A DNA stretch of 64,000 bases from an uncultured Candidatus Peribacteria bacterium (GTDB lineage: Bacteria > Patescibacteriota > Gracilibacteria > UBA1369 > LOWO2-01-FULL-3), in assembly GCA_964383675.1 (NCBI GenBank), contig CAYLHX010000003.1, positions 2,412 to 66,411 of the forward strand. The letters run 5' to 3'. A program made the translations under genes and the position numbers. Positions 1 through 9,763 of the stretch are shown here, piece by piece. The notes under the pieces are model-generated. The model did not search any database and was not told where the DNA came from. It was given only the letters and a program-made list of their open reading frames with translations. Position 1 is the first letter of the stretch, and every line of letters begins with the position of its first letter.

Positions 1-1303
1 TGGCCTTTTGCAATAAAGGTAATGGCTCTTCGATCTCATAAGCTATTTCATTTACAGCCTTCTCCAAAGCATCATTTACATTTTTCAGATAGGCCTTTGT
101 ATACTCATCTTTTACCGTGATCAACGAAGGTACGCTATCTATCGGTAAAGGATCTTCGGCATGCGGAGCAAAACGGTGAGTATTTTCAGCAAAATTATTT
201 ATCTGCGAAATCTGCTTAGTCAAAAGCTTGTAATAGGGGATCAAATAGGTGTCTATGATGTTTTTAGTGTAGATATCCGGAACTGTCGCCAAAGGATCGT
301 CTCCCTCAATGGCGGCCAGAAACCCGGCGGATCCGGGATGGTTTTCATTAACAGGCAAGCCCGGATTTGCGGCATCAACCGAAGTTTCCTCCACTATACT
401 TTGCAAAAGCTCCTGCGCCCAGAACTTGTTGTAGCGCATATAAGCCAAATCCTCCCATTTCTCCAGATATTTCAGATAGTATTTGTAAACGTCACTGTTA
501 ATTGCTTCCTCTTCATGAATAAAATCCGCAAAGAACATTTTGCGGTCGAAGTTGGCAAACTCCGGCACGCCCTCATGATATAGGTGGTTCTTATCAAAAA
601 ACTCCGCTAACCGCATGCGGCCATCAATACCATTTTCCGGTGCCCGAATCACCCCGTGCCAAATATCAGCTTTTGGAAACTCTACCGTATCATTAAGCTC
701 AAAGGTCTGACTGCCGTCATTGTAAATATAAGATTTATTCTCAAAATCGGTATAGGGGAACATGCTGATAAACTTATTGCCGTTCTTGTTCACCACCGGC
801 AAAGGCACATCTCCCACCAACACCACACCGCTCAGACGATTATTGTGCTGATCATCCCCATTGATATAAAGATTTTCCAGTGCATTCACCAGATCATAAA
901 CAGTTTCCTGCTCTTTATCGAAAATAATGATTCGCACATCGGTGTACTCGTTGTTATCGCGAATGTCGTTGGCGTAGCGCAGAACTCGCCCTTCCAGATC
1001 GGTAACATCGATATTGGCCTCATTGAGCTGATTGCCATATTGATCCAGCAAACCTTCGTAGTAGCCGCCATCCGTGGCCAGCTCTTTATCAACAATGATC
1101 GCAACCAAATCATAAACGGTCTCATATTCATTGGGCGGCTCGGCCGGCTCAACCTGATCGGCATATGCCGTTTGTGAAAAGAAACTCACCGCGTAGGCCA
1201 CATGTAGCGGCACCACTTGCGTGAAGGTCACAACAAAAACCAACATCCAACAGATGAAATTTTGCAGATTGATCTCAAGCTTTTTGCGTGGAATGAAGGG
1301 CAT
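1..1303 (-). CDS. Large secreted or membrane-anchored hypothetical protein; only the N-terminal 434 codons are present because the gene runs off the window start
   Basis: Absent from the ORF track because it has no stop codon inside the window. Hand translation of the minus strand from the ATG at 1303..1301 stays open to position 1 (MPFIPRKKLEINLQNFICWMLVFVVTFTQVVPLHVAYAVSFFSQTAYADQVEPAEPPNEYETVYDLVAIIVDKELATDGGYYEGLL...). The N-terminus is a hydrophobic signal or anchor. The + ORFs 161..583 and 656..1177 are its antisense shadows. Confidence 0.55.
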   Translation of the reverse strand, partial: MPFIPRKKLEINLQNFICWMLVFVVTFTQVVPLHVAYAVSFFSQTAYADQVEPAEPPNEYETVYDLVAIIVDKELATDGGYYEGLLDQYGNQLNEANIDVTDLEGRVLRYANDIRDNNEYTDVRIIIFDKEQETVYDLVNALENLYINGDDQHNNRLSGVVLVGDVPLPVVNKNGNKFISMFPYTDFENKSYIYNDGSQTFELNDTVEFPKADIWHGVIRAPENGIDGRMRLAEFFDKNHLYHEGVPEFANFDRKMFFADFIHEEEAINSDVYKYYLKYLEKWEDLAYMRYNKFWAQELLQSIVEETSVDAANPGLPVNENHPGSAGFLAAIEGDDPLATVPDIYTKNIIDTYLIPYYKLLTKQISQINNFAENTHRFAPHAEDPLPIDSVPSLITVKDEYTKAYLKNVNDALEKAVNEIAYEIEEPLPLLQKA

Positions 1304-1428
1304 AAAGTATACAATACTCCAAGAGTAAAATATACCACACCGGCACCGCAAAAACAATTAACCTAAGCCAAGAACAAGGTTTTTGGTTGACAGAAGTTGT
1401 GGAGGTTTTAGAACTTAGGGGCTATTGG

Positions 1429-1998
1429 CTATTGATAGACGAGATTAACATAATATTGCCCGGAATCGTGAAGAGGTGCTGAACCGGTTAATACCTGCAT
1501 TAAGTCCGGCTGAGTGATGTCAAAGTTGCCGTTTTCCTCGTTTTCAACAGAAGAAAAAACAGCGATAACATGGCCCATTTCCGGAAAAAAATCTACAAAC
1601 CAAAACAAAGATAATATTGCGTATTGACCACTGCAAAGCTGAAGATTTTGGTCGCTCGGCTCCGGATCTTGTGGATAGTTTCCAGCAAATTGCGGCAGAT
1701 TTTCTTGTATGAAAAATCTATAAAAATCATTGTTAGTTCCCAGGCTGACATCAAGGCAATGCCAGCCAAAAGTGGTGGCATCTCCTCCGTCATTAACCCA
1801 CGATGCCTGGTCAAGGGCATGCACTTGCAGCAAGTCGGTTATCTTTTTCACATCCTGCTGTCTTTGCTTATCTCGCGCTTGAGAAGGATAATTGAGTCCG
1901 GTTGGAATTAAAATAACTGACAACACAACGATAATAGCAATAACTATCATCAGTTCAACTAGAGTAAAACCTCTCTGTTTTTTTAAGATTTTTTTCAT
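1429..1998 (-). CDS. Type IV pilin / pseudopilin-like protein
   Basis: Class III signal peptide and N-methylation motif at the N-terminus: KKQRGFTLVELMIVIAIIVVLSVIL (G/FTLxE followed by a hydrophobic helix). Confidence 0.85.
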   Translation of the reverse strand: MKKILKKQRGFTLVELMIVIAIIVVLSVILIPTGLNYPSQARDKQRQQDVKKITDLLQVHALDQASWVNDGGDATTFGWHCLDVSLGTNNDFYRFFIQENLPQFAGNYPQDPEPSDQNLQLCSGQYAILSLFWFVDFFPEMGHVIAVFSSVENEENGNFDITQPDLMQVLTGSAPLHDSGQYYVNLVYQ

Positions 1999-2059
1999 AT
2001 AAACAAAAACTCCCCTCCATTATATAACAGAGGGGAGTTTGGTTGAAAGAAGAAATGTG

Positions 2060-2590
2060 TTAATGGATTAGGCTGAGGTAGCAAGGAAAAGCGGCATTGT
2101 CAGGATCTTCAGTTACAGTTGCTAGTAAGGCCGGTTCGGTATCAGCAGCGATATCCTCACATATGATATTACCGTTCTCTTCATTTTCAACCCTTACGAA
2201 CAATCCTCCAGTATAAGGTATACCATCGTCAAAATTTACAAAACCATAGCCATCACACCCTCCCTCGGCACCAGTAGCCACATTAGTGGCAGACGGATCG
2301 GTAGGATACACTCCACCAAAATCAGCAAGATTGTCAGCAATCACATCCGCTATTGTGTCATCAGCAGGATTTGCTTCCGCCAAACATCCTGAAACCGGTA
2401 AGTCATTTCCGGCCAAAAGCTCAGTGACCAAGAAATTCTGAATTTTCTGCACTGTTGCCAGTCTTTGCGCGTCACGACCACGCGAAGGAGCGTCAAGCAA
2501 GCTTGGCAAAAATGCTACCGCCAAAATACCGATAATGGCAATGACGATCAAAAGCTCAATTAATGTAAAACCTTTTTTTGTAAACTTCAT
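2060..2590 (-). CDS. Type IV pilin
   Basis: N-terminus MKFTKKGFTLIELLIVIAIIGILAVAFLP is a canonical prepilin cleavage/methylation motif. It lies adjacent to a second pilin and to pilB/pilC. Confidence 0.85.
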   Translation of the reverse strand: MKFTKKGFTLIELLIVIAIIGILAVAFLPSLLDAPSRGRDAQRLATVQKIQNFLVTELLAGNDLPVSGCLAEANPADDTIADVIADNLADFGGVYPTDPSATNVATGAEGGCDGYGFVNFDDGIPYTGGLFVRVENEENGNIICEDIAADTEPALLATVTEDPDNAAFPCYLSLIH

Positions 2591-3051
2591 AGGTAGGGGT
2601 TATTAAACTACCTACTATTATAGTGGTCTCGAAACAAAACTCAAGTAAATTAAAATGAGTTTGATTGGGGTTTGTCAGGCGGGATCGAATTAGTGGACGG
2701 GGGTGTGGAGGAAAACCTCTCCCCGGGGAGAACTTTTTTGTGGTAAGCCAAGATCGCAACCGGCCCGCGCCGCCCGCATTTCAACTTGACGCAAAAAGTG
2801 TTTTTCAAAAAAACTTTCAAAAATTTGCTTAGAAAAGTTTTTCGATTTTTTCCGGCAAAATTTTCTGCTGCGAACATTTTTCTAGCTATGTGATGGCTGC
2901 GATGGAGTCAGGTTGGGAAATTTTTGGAGGAGTCGTTTCTCGTTCAAATCGCGCCCTCGAAAATGTTGCAAAATAGCATTTGTAAGCCATTCTTGGCTTG
3001 TCTTGCTTGGTTAGAAGTGAGATAATTGAGACGAATTTTAACCAAGAGCAA

Positions 3052-3942
3052 ATGATGAATCTACATAAAGAATTTGTACAATTAGGTAAGGAGAGAAATA
3101 AGCTTACATATAAATTATTGGCCCTTATTCCGGAAATCTATTCAAGCGGAATCTACAAAACCCATGCCGCCACGATTTACGAGTATACCGGGAAGTTCGG
3201 AGGCTTGAGTAAAGAAGTGGTGAAGAAAGTTTTAAGGAGTGAGAGGCATTTGGAAGATAAGCCAAGTTTGAAAGCGGCAGTACAAAAACACGGCATCCAC
3301 AAAGTTTCAATGGTCGCGACTTTGGCAACTCCGGAAACTGAAAAGATTTGGGCTGAAAGAGTGGAGAATATGAGTAAGTCTGCCCTTCAGGTTTTAGTTA
3401 AGGAGGTGAGAAGTAAGGAACCTACAGCTTGTGCGCCAATTTGCAGGGCAGCGGAAGAGAAGATAAAAATTGAATTAACAGGCGAACTGATGTTTGAATT
3501 TTTGAAATTGAAACAAGAATTTGAAAAAGAGAAGAAAGAAAAACTTTCTAATACCGAAACCATGCGCACCATTTTCCAAAAACTAAAAACACCTCCGCAA
3601 CAGAAAGCCAAAAAGCAGCAAAAAGTTCTCCCCGGGGAAACATTTTCCAAGCCGGCCAAGCGATACATTCCGGCACACCTAAAGAGAGCAACTCTCGCAA
3701 AAACGAACAAAAAGTGCGCCTATCCGAACTGCCAGAAACCATATGAAGTCATTCATCACCGTGAACGATTTGCCAAACACAAAAGCCACGAATCCATCAT
3801 CCCGCTTTGCAAAGAGCACCATGAGTTTGCGCATAATTCGCTGATAAAAAATGAGAGGCAGGCGGTCAAGGAATGGCTGCTGGAAGCGGAAAGAACCAGC
3901 ATCAACTTCTACGATTTCCTTTGCCTCCAAGCTCGAAAATGA
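3052..3942 (+). CDS. HNH endonuclease-domain protein
   Basis: The C-terminus CAYPNCQKPYEVIHHRERFAKHKSHESIIPLCKEHHEFAHN carries Cys pairs plus an HNH-type His/Asn pattern. The track ORF begins at a TTG (2998). The first ATG at 3052 (MMNLHKEF) is taken as the start. Confidence 0.7.
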   Translation: MMNLHKEFVQLGKERNKLTYKLLALIPEIYSSGIYKTHAATIYEYTGKFGGLSKEVVKKVLRSERHLEDKPSLKAAVQKHGIHKVSMVATLATPETEKIWAERVENMSKSALQVLVKEVRSKEPTACAPICRAAEEKIKIELTGELMFEFLKLKQEFEKEKKEKLSNTETMRTIFQKLKTPPQQKAKKQQKVLPGETFSKPAKRYIPAHLKRATLAKTNKKCAYPNCQKPYEVIHHRERFAKHKSHESIIPLCKEHHEFAHNSLIKNERQAVKEWLLEAERTSINFYDFLCLQARK

Positions 3943-3996
3943 GGCCGCGTTTAAAACGGCCGCAACAATTAGAAGGGCTCCACAGGATTACAACTC

Positions 3997-5238
3997 CTAA
4001 AGTACCCCGGCAATATTGGAAAGCTGCATCACCGGCAGCATTATGGCCGCGACAATTATACCAACCGCCAAGCCGACCACGATCAGCACAACCGGTTCGA
4101 TGATTTTTGCAATTCCCTGAACCGCCGAATCCACCTCCTCCTCATAGAAATTTGCCACCTTATCGCTAATAGCATCAAGTTGCGCGGTTTTTTCACCAAC
4201 GTCAATCATGTTCACCAGCATCGGTGGAAAAAGATCGCTCTCGGTAATGTTTTCCGCCAGCGGCATACCTTGTTTAATATCCTCCACCGCCAGAAGCAAC
4301 CTCCTGCGATATACTTCATTTCCAACCGTATTGGCCGAAATTTCCAGAGTGCGTACAATTGAAACATTACTGTCCAACAGGTTGCTTAGAAGACGCATGA
4401 ATCTTGAAAGATACGCTTTTTTAAAAAGTTCACCAAAAATCGGAATACTGATTTTTATCTTATCAAGCATGTATTTTCCAGTGTCGGTTCTTCTGAAGAA
4501 TATGAAAAAAGCCACCAAACTTCCCACTATAGCCAATAGCTTTATTTTCTCATTCAATAGAAAATCACTGGCCGCAATCACCCACTTGGTAATCACCGGA
4601 AGTTCCTGGGCATTTGCCGCGAACAGATCGGTTAACTGAGGGACAACATAGCCCAACATTCCTATCACCACTGCCGTTAAAAGTAGCATTACCACAATAG
4701 GATAGGTCATTGCGCTTTTAATTTTGTGCCTAATGGTATAGGCCTTTTCAGCATCTTTGGCGATATTTGACATTACCTTACTCAACTGGCCCGATACCTC
4801 ACCGGATTGCACCATGCCAATCTCCTTTTCATCGAAAACATCATTGAAATCCAGCATCGATTGGGACAAACTCCTACCACCCTCCACCGCGGCAGCCAAA
4901 GAGGAAAGTGTTACCTGTAATTTTGGGCTTCTTTCCTGCTGAACCGCAAGGGATCTCAGCGATTTAATCATCGGCACACCGGCATTCAACATTACGGATA
5001 GAAGGTGAAAGAAGGTCGCTTTATCCTGAAGTCTCACCTTTGAAAAACCGGCCAAAGCCCTATTAATCTTCTCATACCAGTCGGACCTCTTTTTCTTGCC
5101 ATCTTCCTTGGACAAAACAACGCCTTCCTTATCTTGTTGAATATTGATCACTACGTCGTCTCTCTTTTTTTTAGCGGTGGAGAGATTGTAAGATTCACTC
5201 CCCATAGTGGCAAAACCCTTTTTGATTTCTTCAGCCAT
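3997..5238 (-). CDS. pilC: Type IV pilus assembly platform protein PilC (GspF/T2SS-F family)
   Basis: A 413-aa polytopic protein with duplicated T2SSF-like segments (LSVMLNAGVPMIKSLRSL..., LSNLLDSNVSIVRTLEISA...). It sits immediately downstream of the PilB ATPase. Confidence 0.9.
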   Translation of the reverse strand: MAEEIKKGFATMGSESYNLSTAKKKRDDVVINIQQDKEGVVLSKEDGKKKRSDWYEKINRALAGFSKVRLQDKATFFHLLSVMLNAGVPMIKSLRSLAVQQERSPKLQVTLSSLAAAVEGGRSLSQSMLDFNDVFDEKEIGMVQSGEVSGQLSKVMSNIAKDAEKAYTIRHKIKSAMTYPIVVMLLLTAVVIGMLGYVVPQLTDLFAANAQELPVITKWVIAASDFLLNEKIKLLAIVGSLVAFFIFFRRTDTGKYMLDKIKISIPIFGELFKKAYLSRFMRLLSNLLDSNVSIVRTLEISANTVGNEVYRRRLLLAVEDIKQGMPLAENITESDLFPPMLVNMIDVGEKTAQLDAISDKVANFYEEEVDSAVQGIAKIIEPVVLIVVGLAVGIIVAAIMLPVMQLSNIAGVL

Positions 5239-5239
5239 T

Positions 5240-6673
5240 TTATTCTGATTTACGTGCTACTCGATATACTTCTTCCAAAGTGGTTTTCCCTTCCAAAGCT
5301 TTAATGACACCGGCCTGCTCCAAAGTGATCATGCCATTTTCTTGAGCCGCTTTTTGCAAATCGATATTGGTGGCTCCTTCGGCAATCAGACGCCTCATGG
5401 AATTATTCATTCTAAAAACTTCATACAAACCTAAACGCCCTTTATATCCGATGTTATTACATTGATCACAGCCCACGGCTTCATAAAATTGCAGCCCCTG
5501 AGCCAGTTGCGGATCAACTTCACCCTCCACATGCAAATTATCCAAAGCCTTTTTAATCACCGCCAGCATTTCCTCACTGGTTTGCGCCGGTTTTTTACAA
5601 TTGTCACAGATTTTTCGTACCAGACGTTGAGCGATAATCAGCTCAAGTGAAGAGGTGATCAGGTAGGGTTGAACCCCCATGTTGATCAGACGAGTTAAAG
5701 ACTCGATCGCGCTGTTGGTGTGCAGAGTTGAAAACACCAGATGACCTGTTAAAGATGCCTCAATAGCTGTGTCGGCCGTCTCCTTATCACGGATCTCACC
5801 CACCATAATAATATCCGGATCCTGACGCAGAGCCGCTCTCATACCGGTGGCGAAATTGTAATCGATGGCATGGTGAACCTGACTTTGATTTAAGCCATCC
5901 AATTGAATTTCCACCGGATCTTCAATTGTTAAAATGTTTACATCGGTTTTATTCAGTCTGGCTAAGCACGAGTAAAGTGTGGTTGTTTTACCCGAACCGG
6001 TCGGACCGGTATTGATTATGATTCCATTGGGCAAAGTAAGCGCACCTTCCAGGTTTTTCAAGCTGATACCACTGATTCCCAGCTCGGGCAGATCGGGAAT
6101 TTCGCGAGATTTATCTTGGATACGCATCACGATCTTTTCACCGTTCACGGTAGGCAAAGTAGAGACACGCAGATCCATTTCACGACCGTCTCTAGTAGTT
6201 ACATCGGCACGACCATCTTGAGGAATACGCTGTTCATCGATTTTTAGATTGGACATGATTTTCACCCTGGAAACCACCGCCGGATGAAGATTATTTGGGT
6301 ATTCAACGATATGTCGTAGCACACCGTCCACGCGATAACGGATTCTGATGTGGTTTTCCAAAGGTTCAATATGGATATCGCTGGATCTTAAATCCAGAGC
6401 GTAACTGATTCCAATTAGTACCATTTGCGGAATATTGGCCGCCAAAATGGAGTCCTGGAGCTGTTTCAGTTTATCGTTTTCAGCTTTTTGGGGTGCGGCT
6501 TGCTGAGTAGGTTGCTGAACAGGCGGTTGTGCAGGCGGCTGTGGTGCCGGCTGTGATGCCGGCGAAACCGCTGGTGGCTGGGTAGCCTGCAGATTTTGAC
6601 TAGGCATAGTTGTTTGAACCACCGGAGTGGTTTGAGTAACCTGAACTTGTTGTTGAGCTTGAGTGTTCTCCAC
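5240..6673 (-). CDS. pilB: Type IV pilus assembly ATPase PilB (GspE family)
   Basis: Walker A GPTGSGKTTTLYS, an Asp box/Walker B region DPDIIMVGEIRD, a His box TGHLVFSTLHTN and a tetracysteine CDNC...CDQC. The N-terminal 60 aa are a Pro/Gln-rich low-complexity tract. Confidence 0.9.
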   Translation of the reverse strand: MENTQAQQQVQVTQTTPVVQTTMPSQNLQATQPPAVSPASQPAPQPPAQPPVQQPTQQAAPQKAENDKLKQLQDSILAANIPQMVLIGISYALDLRSSDIHIEPLENHIRIRYRVDGVLRHIVEYPNNLHPAVVSRVKIMSNLKIDEQRIPQDGRADVTTRDGREMDLRVSTLPTVNGEKIVMRIQDKSREIPDLPELGISGISLKNLEGALTLPNGIIINTGPTGSGKTTTLYSCLARLNKTDVNILTIEDPVEIQLDGLNQSQVHHAIDYNFATGMRAALRQDPDIIMVGEIRDKETADTAIEASLTGHLVFSTLHTNSAIESLTRLINMGVQPYLITSSLELIIAQRLVRKICDNCKKPAQTSEEMLAVIKKALDNLHVEGEVDPQLAQGLQFYEAVGCDQCNNIGYKGRLGLYEVFRMNNSMRRLIAEGATNIDLQKAAQENGMITLEQAGVIKALEGKTTLEEVYRVARKSE

Positions 6674-6678
6674 CTGAC

Positions 6679-7302
6679 TTATTGGTAATATGCGTTTATC
6701 TGAACAGTAAAGGTAATAATATCCGATTCTCCTCCACCAAGGCCGCCGGTAGCTGTACCAAAGCTCAAACGTATGGAAGAAATATCCATTAGTCTGATTT
6801 GGTCAAGTAACGATCCGGAATTTTCAATGGAATGCAGAAACTTTTCAAAGTTATCTGCCGAAGAGCTGATATTCATGGTAAAGGGCAAGAGCGAATATTT
6901 GTCGCTTTTTATCGGAGTTTGATACTGAATACTCGAAACTTCAAAGGGGCTGTTTGGCTTCGTTAAAGTCTTTTCAATCAGATCAAGCTGCCTGGTAAGA
7001 TTGGTATAGTCATCGGTTTCAGGGAAAATAATCGCCAACTTGTCTTCAATTTCTTTGTTCAAACTCATAAATTCATCCTTCTTAGTATCATACTCCGATT
7101 TTTCATCCGAAGCTTCTTTCTTCAAAGCCGCGACAAGTTCGGTGTTTCTCTCTACAACTTGTTTTACGAAAGAATACTCATTCCACTTTTGATAGCTAAA
7201 GAAACCCACAGCTATCGTTAAAACCAAACATAAAAGAGCGTATGCTTTTGTCTGCATTTTTTGTCTCTTTTGAACCAACATGTAATTTATTTGTTTGGTC
7301 AT
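6679..7302 (-). CDS. PilO-like pilus alignment protein (single TM helix plus coiled coil)
   Basis: A TM helix (AYALLCLVLTIAVGFFSY) is followed by a charged coiled-coil segment. The position directly downstream in the pil operon supports the call. Assignment rests on architecture and context only. Confidence 0.45.
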   Translation of the reverse strand: MTKQINYMLVQKRQKMQTKAYALLCLVLTIAVGFFSYQKWNEYSFVKQVVERNTELVAALKKEASDEKSEYDTKKDEFMSLNKEIEDKLAIIFPETDDYTNLTRQLDLIEKTLTKPNSPFEVSSIQYQTPIKSDKYSLLPFTMNISSSADNFEKFLHSIENSGSLLDQIRLMDISSIRLSFGTATGGLGGGESDIITFTVQINAYYQ

Positions 7303-7303
7303 T

Positions 7304-8632
7304 TTACAATTGATTTAATAGGTTTTTAAGCTCCTCTTCAGGGTCTCCAACCGTGGTGTTGGTCTGTAAAGTTTTTGTTTCACCGGTAATTATGTCTTTA
7401 AGATCCAATGAAAGCCTCAAATTAGCCGTATAGCCGGTTTCCAAAGATCCGGATTTGGTAAAGGATCTCATCTCAGCGTTATCAAAAAGTTTTGAGCGAT
7501 TTAATTCATCAATCAGATCGGAAATCATGGTGAAGTTGATGGTGTCAAAAAGCTTTGTTTCACCTACAATAGTAATTTTTTGCTGCTCACTGTCGATGTC
7601 GTAACTGGTATAGCGAATACCACCAAGCAGCTCATAACTGCCGCTATTGTAGTACTTATCAACCGCGATTGTGCGTAGGTCAATTTCGTTCATGATATCC
7701 GACCAACGAATGCGGTTGGTTTTTATCTGCTGAATGATACTCAGGTCATTAACCGTTAAGTTGTTGACCTGCTTGATAAATTTGTAGAGATCATTGTCGT
7801 CCATGTCATCAAAGTCGGCTGCCGCCAAAAGATTGTAAAGCTGTGCATTACCCACCAAATTGATGGCGTGCATGTAATTTTTGTATTCTCTTCGTGCCTC
7901 GGGATCGGAATTGTTGTTAAACTGATTGGCTTTATTTTGCAGTTCGGTGATCAACTTTTGTCGGAACATCTGTTCCATTTGCGCATCATTTGACTCATCG
8001 GTTGTTAAAATTGCCGCTGCGTATTTTGAAGCGTAGTTCTCCAGAGCTCCAAAGTAGGCCTCGCGCAAAATAGGTTTTACATAAACCATTTCATTTTCAG
8101 CCTTCTCCACGTCTTCGGGATTTGCGGTCTGGCTATGAAGAACATCGTAGTTCTGCACAAATGAATCGCCGTAATAGCTCAACTCATCCAGATGGGCCTT
8201 AACCTGCAGGATCTTTTGAACATTCATTTCAGTCTGCAGCTTGATAATCTGAGAATTTGAGGAAGATAGCTCTTTGGAGACATTAGTTAGACCTATCTTG
8301 GAAGTTACAAAATCAAGACTGGAGGTAAGTTGAGAAGAGAAAAAAGTGATCGAGGTAATACCTGCCACCAGAATAAAAACAAAAAATATCTTCAATACTA
8401 AAAGCAACAAGCTTTTAGGCGGCTCAATATCCTGAAGTAAAGACATATCCAACTCGGGAGCCGCCTCCAAAATATTCCCTTCTTCTTCTTTCGTTTCGGT
8501 GGAGACGATGCCCTGTATCAGGTTAGAAGCGTTTTTGTCGGTGGTAAGGCCTTGATCCAAAGGATTTTCCAAACTTGGCTGCTCTTTCTCAGGCTTTGGT
8601 TGTGCATTTGGTAATGCCGTAGCGTCGGCCAT
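7304..8632 (-). CDS. Hypothetical membrane protein of the pilus operon (PilM/N-like role possible)
   Basis: A single TM helix (LLLLVLKIFFVFILVAGITSITFF) follows an acidic N-terminus. There is a 1-nt gap to the next pil gene. No recognisable motif. Confidence 0.35.
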   Translation of the reverse strand: MADATALPNAQPKPEKEQPSLENPLDQGLTTDKNASNLIQGIVSTETKEEEGNILEAAPELDMSLLQDIEPPKSLLLLVLKIFFVFILVAGITSITFFSSQLTSSLDFVTSKIGLTNVSKELSSSNSQIIKLQTEMNVQKILQVKAHLDELSYYGDSFVQNYDVLHSQTANPEDVEKAENEMVYVKPILREAYFGALENYASKYAAAILTTDESNDAQMEQMFRQKLITELQNKANQFNNNSDPEARREYKNYMHAINLVGNAQLYNLLAAADFDDMDDNDLYKFIKQVNNLTVNDLSIIQQIKTNRIRWSDIMNEIDLRTIAVDKYYNSGSYELLGGIRYTSYDIDSEQQKITIVGETKLFDTINFTMISDLIDELNRSKLFDNAEMRSFTKSGSLETGYTANLRLSLDLKDIITGETKTLQTNTTVGDPEEELKNLLNQL

Positions 8633-8693
8633 ATTTTGTTTTTATTTTTATTCTTTATATTTTACCAAATTTTCAAGGTTTCGTAAAGGCCCT

Positions 8694-8725
8694 AAAGCAA
8701 AAAGGACGTCTATTTCTAGACGCCC
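8694..8725 (-). terminator. Rho-independent terminator after rplL
   Basis: The minus-strand RNA reads GGGCGUCUA-GAAA-UAGACGUCC followed by UUUUUGCUUU. The stem contains a G.U pair on the minus strand that would be an A.C mismatch on the plus strand, which fits the strand call. Confidence 0.6.
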
Positions 8726-8750
8726 TTTTCCTATTTCCAAAGAAATTCGA

Positions 8751-9182
8751 TTATTGCAACTCAACAGTCGCACCAGCTTCTTCAAGCTTTTTCTTGATTT
8801 CTTCAGCCTCAGCCTTCTCAACACCTTCCTTAACCGGCTTTGGTGCTGCATCAACGATGTCTTTAGCCTCTTTAAGACCAAGACCTGTAAGTTCACGTAC
8901 AACCTTGATAACAGCGATTTTTTGTCCACCAGCAGAAGCAAGAATAACATTTTTCTTACCACCACCAGCTTCCTCAGCACCGGCGTCACCACCACCGGCA
9001 GCAGGAGCACCAGCCATCATCATTGGGGCGGCAGCGCTCACACCGAATTTTTCTTCTAGAGCCTTAACCAGGTTGGCAAGCTCAAGAACTGGTAATTTTT
9101 CAACTAGTTCAAGGATTTTTTCAGCATCCTTACTTAGTTCGATAGAAGATTTCTCTTCTTGTGTTGTAGCTTCATCAGCCAT
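8751..9182 (-). CDS. rplL: 50S ribosomal protein L7/L12
   Basis: An Ala/Gly-rich hinge is followed by [56 protein letters not shown]. Confidence 0.95.
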   Translation of the reverse strand: MADEATTQEEKSSIELSKDAEKILELVEKLPVLELANLVKALEEKFGVSAAAPMMMAGAPAAGGGDAGAEEAGGGKKNVILASAGGQKIAVIKVVRELTGLGLKEAKDIVDAAPKPVKEGVEKAEAEEIKKKLEEAGATVELQ

Positions 9183-9208
9183 GATATTTTGGGTTATAGA
9201 TATAGTAA

Positions 9209-9745
9209 TTAAGCAGCCTGTTCTTTTTGCTCTTTAATTGCGTTAAGAGCGCGAACAAATCCTGCAAGTGTGTTGTTAAGTGCACCATGAAATCCTGAAA
9301 TCGGTGACTTGAGTAGGTAAATAAATTTGGCAATAAGTTCTTCTTTTCCTGGCAATTGAGCCAATTCTTTTGTCATGGCAACGTCCAGAAGCTTTCCTTC
9401 GAAGAAAGCGCCTCTCAGCTTTAGATTTTGGTTTTTCTTTGCGAATTCATAAATAGTTTTTACCGCAGCCATCTCATCTTCCATGCTGAAAGCCGCACCA
9501 ACGGGACCTTCCAATACTTCATTTGGAATATCCTGTTCGTAACCGGCATCTTTAGCGGCGATCTTGATCAAGGTTTTCTTTGCAATACTGAAAGCCGCAC
9601 CTTTTTCTCTTAGTGTGTCTCGCAGTTTTTTCAGGTCCTTCACGGTAAGCCCCTGATAATCGGCGAAAACTATGGATTTAGCCTCCTTAAGCTGCACCGC
9701 GAGCTGCTTCACTATATCCTGTTTTTGTTCTTTTGTTAGAGCCAT
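9209..9745 (-). CDS. rplJ: 50S ribosomal protein L10
   Basis: [47 protein letters not shown] is a typical L10 N-terminus. The gene lies directly upstream of rplL. Confidence 0.95.
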   Translation of the reverse strand: MALTKEQKQDIVKQLAVQLKEAKSIVFADYQGLTVKDLKKLRDTLREKGAAFSIAKKTLIKIAAKDAGYEQDIPNEVLEGPVGAAFSMEDEMAAVKTIYEFAKKNQNLKLRGAFFEGKLLDVAMTKELAQLPGKEELIAKFIYLLKSPISGFHGALNNTLAGFVRALNAIKEQKEQAA

Positions 9746-9763
9746 GCTATCAAAAATTAAAAA

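Noticed and set aside
161-1177. + strand ORFs 161..583 and 656..1177.
   Set aside because: They are antisense to the long open minus-strand frame 1..1303. Their translated sequences are Ile/Asn/Leu-rich with no motifs.
8648-9237. ORFs 8648..9010 (-), 8754..9059 (+) and 8794..9237 (+) overlapping rplL.
   Set aside because: They are alternative frames of the Ala/Gly/Lys/Glu-rich L7/L12 gene. Their low-complexity translations are typical shadow ORFs.
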